DNA of 43,719 nt from a virus, in the IMG/VR virus record IMGVR_UViG_3300045988_022668, positions 1-43,719 of that record. One strand, given 5' to 3'. The notes below the pieces were generated by a model, which was not told where the DNA came from, did not search any database, and saw only the letters and a program-made list of their open reading frames with translations. The translations under genes were made by a program, and so were the position numbers. Positions 39,353 through 43,719 of this stretch are shown in pieces (position 1 is the first letter of the stretch; each line of letters opens with the position of its first letter).

Positions 39353-39526
39353 TTAATCCGCCAAATGCCGGTACTCCCAGGCATCCAGCGTCTCCATGCA
39401 GTTCTCGCACCCCACAATGAGCCCGGCCCGATCCCGGTACAGCGTCTCGCACTCCTCGCCGCAGCAGGGGCAGCGGGGATTTTCTTCCGGCTCCGGCGGC
39501 TCCAATGGCCGCTCCGGAATATCCAT
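39353..39526 (-). CDS. Small zinc-finger-like protein (57 aa from ATG 39526; track start 39556 gives 67 aa)
   Basis: CPCCGEEC...CENC motif. The ATG at 39526 lies 1 nt after the upstream stop. Confidence 0.5.
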   Translation of the reverse strand: MDIPERPLEPPEPEENPRCPCCGEECETLYRDRAGLIVGCENCMETLDAWEYRHLAD

Positions 39527-39527
39527 A

Positions 39528-39863
39528 TCAAAGTGCAAGCTCATTGGTATCATCATTAATTCTCTGCCGCAATCGCTTCAGCTTGAAATTTTCCTCCTCG
39601 GTGGTATCGCCAAAAATGATAACAAGCTGATCAAGCATAATTCTGACATCAGCCATCTCTTCCCGCGCATCGGCTACAATCTCAGAAATATCATCGGAAG
39701 CAATATCGGCTCGAATGTACTTGGTAATAGCCTTTATAAGCTCGCTCATTTCTTCGATGGCCACAATAATTTGCATGTCAGCTCCATAGGTTGCAATCGC
39801 CATGCTTAAAATACGGCGCTTTTCTTCTGGCGTGATTTTCTCTTCCATTTCTTTCTCCTTCAT
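39528..39863 (-). CDS. MazG-like nucleotide pyrophosphohydrolase (111 aa)
   Basis: IIVAIEEMSELIKAITK...AREEMADVRIMLDQL matches the EExxE...ExxD pattern of small all-alpha MazG-family NTP-PPases. GAGGAGGA SD. Confidence 0.6.
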   Translation of the reverse strand: MKEKEMEEKITPEEKRRILSMAIATYGADMQIIVAIEEMSELIKAITKYIRADIASDDISEIVADAREEMADVRIMLDQLVIIFGDTTEEENFKLKRLRQRINDDTNELAL

Positions 39864-40066
39864 TTTTCGTCCTCCTCTACCCACACGACCCGATACTTAG
39901 AATGGCTCGTATGCTTTGCCTTTCCTCTCCGGCTAATAGCGGCGGCTACCGTGCCGCCGGTAACGCCAGCGATTCGGGCCAGCTCATCCATGGTATCCGT
40001 AACCGCAAGGGGTAGCTCGTACTCATCTTGGGAAACCAGCAGATACAGGGGCTTGCAACTATTCAT
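39860..40066 (-). CDS. Small HTH-like protein (68 aa)
   Basis: Start at MNSCKPLY, overlapping the upstream stop by 8 nt. DTMDELARIAGVTGGTVAAAISRRGK is HTH-like. Confidence 0.5.
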   Translation of the reverse strand: MNSCKPLYLLVSQDEYELPLAVTDTMDELARIAGVTGGTVAAAISRRGKAKHTSHSKYRVVWVEEDEK

Positions 40067-41141
40067 AGGCCACCCCAATAAAATCCAGCACTCTGGCGTA
40101 GCCCAAGCCCTTTTCAGTGGGCTTCCAAAAGCCGTCCGCCGGGTCGAAAGCGCCGCCTCCAACGCAAAAATCGTAGTGGCGGGGGTGAGTATGCTTCATC
40201 CTCTGGAAGCGATTCTCTCCCTTCTCCAGGTGCGCCCCGAAGCCGCAGAACATACAGCCCGTACGCTGACAGCCGGTACACCGGAGCGGTTGCTCCGTCA
40301 GGGTGCTGGTGTACTCGTTCTCTCCGTCGCTGGCCACAATGTCGCCGTAGACGCTGCAATAGGGGATCTCAGCACCAACAAGGTAGTGGAGCACGTCCTG
40401 CTCCGTCCAGAAGCTCATGGGCTTTCCCATCGGGCGCTTGCCGTCAAAAGCGTTACAGCCTGACGCCCGCCATTTCTGCATCCGTTGACGGCCTTCCGTC
40501 GCCATCGTCGCAACAATCGGCTTGTCCTTTGTTCCGCTTTCGTAGCGATGTAGTGTCCGTTTTTTCATCACACGACAGCATTCCGCAGAAATCAGATACG
40601 GAGCGTCCATCAGGAACTCCCAGTTGTCGCAGCAGTATGGGCTTTTTCGGCCATCTGGCGTCAGCAGCTCTCCGCGTATCCGCTTCGCTCTGGTCCCATC
40701 CGGGTCTCTCCGGGCCAGCCACACGCAGTTTGATACCTCTTTGCTCACGATGCTGTACCCGTATTTCGCCACAACCTGCCGGATGTTCAGCTTTGGCCGC
40801 AGACGGGCGAGATTGACCGCGACATGTGGGAACTCCTGCCGCAGCCAGCCAGCATAGTCGTTCACAAAGTGCTGGATTTCCGGATACTCCAGGCCCGTGT
40901 TAACGAACACCAGATTCAGCGGCCAGGGCGGCGTCCGGTAGCTGGCAAGATACCGGGCCACAAGGTAAGCCAAAACCGTGGAATCCTTGCCGCCGGAAAA
41001 GCTGACGTAGCACTTCCCGCCCCAGGCAGTGTACCATTGGTCGATCTTCTCCCAGGAGGCCAAAATCTTGTCCTCCAGCAGCAGCGCTAAGAGTGCCTTC
41101 GCCCGCTCGGGAGATATGGGGTCGTTATGCCATCCGGTCAC
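40059..41141 (-). CDS. PAPS-reductase/PP-loop ATPase family protein (IbrA/DndC-like), 360 aa, GTG start
   Basis: PP-loop SFSGGKDS. C-terminal Cys cluster CTGCQRTGCMFCGF...C. The GTG at 41141 overlaps the stop of the 58-aa ORF (GTGA). Confidence 0.8.
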   Translation of the reverse strand: MTGWHNDPISPERAKALLALLLEDKILASWEKIDQWYTAWGGKCYVSFSGGKDSTVLAYLVARYLASYRTPPWPLNLVFVNTGLEYPEIQHFVNDYAGWLRQEFPHVAVNLARLRPKLNIRQVVAKYGYSIVSKEVSNCVWLARRDPDGTRAKRIRGELLTPDGRKSPYCCDNWEFLMDAPYLISAECCRVMKKRTLHRYESGTKDKPIVATMATEGRQRMQKWRASGCNAFDGKRPMGKPMSFWTEQDVLHYLVGAEIPYCSVYGDIVASDGENEYTSTLTEQPLRCTGCQRTGCMFCGFGAHLEKGENRFQRMKHTHPRHYDFCVGGGAFDPADGFWKPTEKGLGYARVLDFIGVAYE

Positions 41142-41314
41142 CCTTTCCCCATCTCCTTCCTGATATCCCGCAGAGCCGCCAGGTAGCCTTCCCACCAGAT
41201 AATGCCCGTCGGGTGCTGCTCCATCAGGTACGGAGCGCCCTTCTGCGTCCTGGCGTAGTTTTCCATAGCGTCCAGCTTTGCCATAAGCTTGTCCTTCGTC
41301 GGGTTCCGGCTCAT
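41138..41314 (-). CDS. Small hypothetical protein (58 aa), below the ORF-track cutoff
   Basis: GGAAGGAGGAG SD. ATGA overlap with the methylase stop and GTGA overlap with the next start. Sequence MSRNPTKDKLMAKLDAMENYARTQKGAPYLMEQHPTGIIWWEGYLAALRDIRKEMGKG. Confidence 0.55.
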   Translation of the reverse strand: MSRNPTKDKLMAKLDAMENYARTQKGAPYLMEQHPTGIIWWEGYLAALRDIRKEMGKG

Positions 41315-42603
41315 GTGTGCTCCTCCTTCCAGGGCAATTCCCAGTCCGGAGCCCGAACCTGGAAGGCGTCGCCAAGCTGAATGGTCTCAGGATAGTTGTG
41401 CTGGGTGGTTGCGATAGCGTACTTGTCGATCTCGGTAGCGTAGTAGGCGGAAACGTCCGCGCCCAGCTTACCCAGGGCGATGTGACCGCAGCTCATGCCA
41501 TCGTACATAGATAGCACTTCCACCGGCTCCGCGGTCAGCCCATCGAAATGGCTCATAATATGGGCGATCACGTCCACGGTCCAGCCGTTGCCCAGCATTT
41601 TATATGCCTGGGTGTCGCTGACGGGGAAGGCGTATGTGTCCGGCACAGTCTGGAGGCGTTTACACTCGGTCACGGTCAGTTTGCGGATAATGTAGCAACC
41701 GTCTCGCAGTTTAATCGGGTATCGCTTGCCTTTAATGGCGATAAAGCCGTCGCGAACTTCGTATACGGGCCACGCTTTCCCATCCGGGCCGTCGACCGGC
41801 GTTGCATAAAGGCCCGTCTTGGCTCCCAGCCCCCCGCCGTTTCCGCAGAGGGTCACGCTCCTTCCGTCCGGCGAATAGACGCGGTATTGCTGGCTGTCAT
41901 GGTCCGGGTTCTTCGCGTCATTCTCGATAGTGCCGATGCGTACTGGTTCCGCGCAAATGTTATACGGAACGCCGCGATGCACATTTGCGGTGATGCAAAG
42001 CGCTTTGTCTGCCTCCCCTGGCTTTTGCAGATATGTCCAACGGTCGGAGTATTTGCCATGCGAGCCAACCATGTAATCCATTTCTCGCTCAGTCAGAGGA
42101 TTGATGGCAACGGGCTCCGCCACACCCATATAGCCAAAATGCCCATTCGTTTCGATGTGTCGCAAAACATTTGACACACCCTGTTTTGTCGCCGCGCTCG
42201 CTCTCAATGTGTACGCTTTCTCATGCCACGTCACAGCACCGCTTTCCAAAATGTCCCGCAGAAGGATACCACGGCCATCCGGCTGCTCCACGGGGACCTG
42301 GCTGTAGGTGCCGTCTGGGTTACGCTTGCCCACCCAATACAGGCGCTGGCGGTTCTGTGCGCTCACCAGGGCGCTGTTAATCAGGACAGGCTCCACGCCC
42401 AGCTCCGCCGTAATCTGTTCCCGGATAGCGGGGGACATGGATTTGTTGTTCTCATAGAGGAAGTAGTCCGGTTTGTATTTGTCGCGGGCAATGCGGTAGT
42501 TCAGGAACAGTTCCCAGCCGATGCCCTCCGCTTTGGTTTCCCTGTTTTTAGTCTGAGCGATACTCCAATGCGTGCAGGGCGAACCGCCGATTAAAAGCTT
42601 CAT
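41311..42603 (-). CDS. DNA (cytosine-5) methyltransferase with circularly permuted motif order (430 aa)
   Basis: Start MKLLIGGSPCTHWS (motif IV) after GAGGGGGGAG. Then YENNKSM (VI), SAQNRQRLYW (VIII), RKLTVTECKRLQTVP (IX), MLGNGWTV (X), and finally VLSMYDGMSCG (I), YATEIDKYA (II), IQLGD (III) at the C-terminus. Confidence 0.8.
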   Translation of the reverse strand: MKLLIGGSPCTHWSIAQTKNRETKAEGIGWELFLNYRIARDKYKPDYFLYENNKSMSPAIREQITAELGVEPVLINSALVSAQNRQRLYWVGKRNPDGTYSQVPVEQPDGRGILLRDILESGAVTWHEKAYTLRASAATKQGVSNVLRHIETNGHFGYMGVAEPVAINPLTEREMDYMVGSHGKYSDRWTYLQKPGEADKALCITANVHRGVPYNICAEPVRIGTIENDAKNPDHDSQQYRVYSPDGRSVTLCGNGGGLGAKTGLYATPVDGPDGKAWPVYEVRDGFIAIKGKRYPIKLRDGCYIIRKLTVTECKRLQTVPDTYAFPVSDTQAYKMLGNGWTVDVIAHIMSHFDGLTAEPVEVLSMYDGMSCGHIALGKLGADVSAYYATEIDKYAIATTQHNYPETIQLGDAFQVRAPDWELPWKEEHT

Positions 42604-42695
42604 CTCCCCCCCTCGATCCTGTCGATGAGCCGGAACACCCAGCTCGTGGCGGTAGAGGCCCCGATGATGACCAGCGCCAGCGTATATCCATCCAT
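42549..42695 (-). CDS. Possible small membrane peptide (48 aa), below the ORF-track cutoff
   Basis: GAGGAGGA lies 8 nt upstream of the ATG. MDGYTLALVIIGASTATSWVFRLI is hydrophobic. The 3' 55 nt overlap the methylase start out of frame. Confidence 0.3.
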
Positions 42696-42709
42696 TATGC
42701 TTGTCCTCC

Positions 42710-42916
42710 TCATTTCTTCGGCGTCGCCCGCATCTCGATCCACTCATCCAGGAGCCGGGTGAAGATCTGGTAGACCGGCTTGATGCCCCCCTGGATGCAG
42801 AGGCCGAAGGGGTAGAGCCCCTGCTGGATGCCGGCGCCCAGCGTGGTGTTGGTGATGCGCATACCGTGCTGCCGCAGGTACTCTGTGGCCTCGTTAAGCG
42901 ACATGGTCTCGATCAT
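42710..42916 (-). CDS. Small HTH protein, excisionase/MerR-like (68 aa)
   Basis: LNEATEYLRQHGMRITNTTLGAGIQQGLYPFG...IFTRLLDEWI resembles excisionase-type HTH proteins. GGGAGGAG SD. Confidence 0.5.
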   Translation of the reverse strand: MIETMSLNEATEYLRQHGMRITNTTLGAGIQQGLYPFGLCIQGGIKPVYQIFTRLLDEWIEMRATPKK

Positions 42917-42949
42917 GCGATCTCCTCCCTTCTGCCGTCCCTTCGATTT

Positions 42950-43144
42950 TCATAAGTCCTCCCCGGCTATCGCCGCAACTGCAGCAGAAACCAACACCAC
43001 CAGAAGAACGAAAACGATGGCGAATAACGGGCTGTCCATTGTCCCAACGATCCGCTCTGAAACGAACATCAAAACGATGCCGACCGTGAAGATTATTACC
43101 AACAATGCGCAGAGAAACAAAAACCATTTGACAAACCGCTTCAT
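42950..43144 (-). CDS. Small two-TM membrane protein (64 aa)
   Basis: WFLFLCALLVIIFTVGIVLMFV and LFAIVFVLLVVLVSAAVAAIA. ATGA coupling to the cro-like gene. Confidence 0.6.
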   Translation of the reverse strand: MKRFVKWFLFLCALLVIIFTVGIVLMFVSERIVGTMDSPLFAIVFVLLVVLVSAAVAAIAGEDL

Positions 43145-43362
43145 GCGCCCTCACCCGCCCTTGCTTCCTGCGCCGCCCGGATGGCGGCGATGATCTCCTC
43201 GTCGGTGACGTGGTACAGCTTCGCCAGTTTGGGCACAAACTTGCTTGCGATGCCGTTGGCTCCTCGCTCCCACTGGGAAACGGCATTCTGGGAAACATAC
43301 AGCTTCCGTGCGACATAGGGCTGTTTCAGCCCCGCCGCCTCCCGGAGCTCCTTCAATGTCAA
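43141..43362 (-). CDS. Cro-like XRE-family HTH protein (74 aa, TTG start)
   Basis: AAAGGAGGG lies 7 nt upstream of the TTG at 43362. The track start at 43455 has no SD and adds a hydrophobic junk extension. HTH: LKELREAAGLKQPYVARKLYVSQNAVSQWERG. Confidence 0.75.
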   Translation of the reverse strand: MTLKELREAAGLKQPYVARKLYVSQNAVSQWERGANGIASKFVPKLAKLYHVTDEEIIAAIRAAQEARAGEGA

Positions 43363-43382
43363 ATGAAACCCTCCTTTCAATG

Positions 43383-43394
43383 TGAAGAACTTCA
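43383..43394. promoter_or_regulatory. 12-bp palindrome TGAAGAACTTCA (operator candidate); related TGTGAAGTTC at 43504-43513
   Basis: Perfect dyad next to the -35 of the rightward promoter and the cro-like SD. TGTGAAG recurs at 43381 and 43504, near the leftward transcription start. Confidence 0.4.
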
Positions 43395-43396
43395 GC

Positions 43397-43425
43397 TTGA
43401 CAAACAGTGATACGGCCGCTATTAT
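43397..43425 (+). promoter_or_regulatory. Rightward promoter TTGACA-17 nt-TATTAT
   Basis: -35 at 43397-43402 and -10 at 43420-43425, with a counted 17-nt spacer. Points toward the zinc-ribbon/HTH operon across the circular junction. Confidence 0.55.
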
Positions 43426-43522
43426 GTAAGTGTCAGCCAACAAAATATCGGCCATAGGCCCGCAGAACGGAGAAATCCGAGGGGGCTTGGTTTTTTGTTG
43501 CCTTGTGAAGTTCTATGTTGTT

Positions 43523-43551
43523 ATTATAGCCACCATAATGGTCGTTGTCAA
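43523..43551 (-). promoter_or_regulatory. Leftward promoter TTGACA-17 nt-TATAAT (perfect consensus) for the early/cro operon
   Basis: Minus strand: -35 at 43551-43546 and -10 at 43528-43523, with a counted 17-nt spacer. Confidence 0.65.
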
Positions 43552-43600
43552 GCTGTTTAGCCACCGTTTTGTAAGTTCGTTGTATTGCACAAATTGGAGG

Positions 43601-43719
43601 ACTTTTTTTATGGCATTAATTAAATGCGTAGAATGCGGAAAAGAAATTTCTGACAAAGCAACATTTTGCCCATCCTGCGGTTGCCCGGTCGAGAAGGAAG
43701 TCCGAAACGCTCCGATTAC
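43601..43719. repeat. Terminal overlap copy 2 (duplicates the SD and 5' part of the CDS at 10-531)
   Basis: Identical to 1-119. Consistent with a circular genome assembled past its start point. Confidence 0.95.

Larger units (their letters stand above)
1..43600. mobile_element. Complete temperate tailed-phage genome (siphovirus-type), circular/terminally overlapping unit
   Basis: Integrase plus attP-like tRNA fragment, repressor/Cro switch, recombination-replication, packaging, head, tail and lysis modules each occur once. The window ends overlap by 119 identical bases. Confidence 0.9.

Noticed and set aside
43363-43455. N-terminal 31-aa extension of the cro-like protein (track ORF start 43455)
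   Set aside because: ATG 43455 has no SD. The extension overlaps the opposing promoter. TTG 43362 has AAAGGAGGG 7 nt upstream and yields a canonical 74-aa HTH protein.

Overview
The window is one complete temperate siphovirus-type phage genome in circular or excised form. Bases 1-119 are identical to 43601-43719, so the unit length is 43,600 bp. Signals point to a high-GC Firmicutes/Clostridia-type host (inference): GGAGG Shine-Dalgarno (SD) sites, XhlA/XkdX-like lysis genes, Gp15, an SPP1-type portal and a PBSX-type terminase. Plus strand: a small lysogeny island (zinc-ribbon protein, two XRE-type HTH proteins, tyrosine integrase) followed by an attP-like 3' fragment of a tRNA/tmRNA gene, and a two-gene island at 6219-6768. 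Almost everything else is on the minus strand as tightly coupled operons with ATGA/TAATG/GTGA junctions. In transcription order these are: cro-like gene; DNA-modification genes (C5-methylase, PAPS-reductase-like, MazG-like); recombination/replication (Gp157, Erf, NinB-like, HNH, SSB, replisome organizer, DnaC-like); late regulators; ParB-methylase; TerS/TerL; portal; MuF-toxin; scaffold/capsid; neck; tail; glycine-rich fibres; lysis; and a five-gene accessory operon next to attP. Main oddities: (1) two large ORF-free gaps in an otherwise gap-free genome. One is a 1,010-nt helix-dense segment upstream of the packaging operon, a candidate giant structured RNA. The other is a 526-nt purine-skewed array of about 16-18 GCAAYGGAA motifs directly downstream of a 196-aa protein with RAMP-like motifs. 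(2) A C5 DNA methyltransferase whose motifs run IV-VI-VIII-IX-X-I-II-III, a circular permutation. (3) An acr-aca-like mini-operon: consensus promoter inside a 19-bp inverted repeat, a small acidic protein and an HTH protein. (4) A Cys-rich five-gene accessory operon behind a terminator-containing leader. (5) Face-to-face consensus promoters in the lysis/lysogeny switch. (6) A MuF-Ntox50-like polymorphic toxin with small downstream ORFs. All family assignments come from motifs read by eye. No searches were run.
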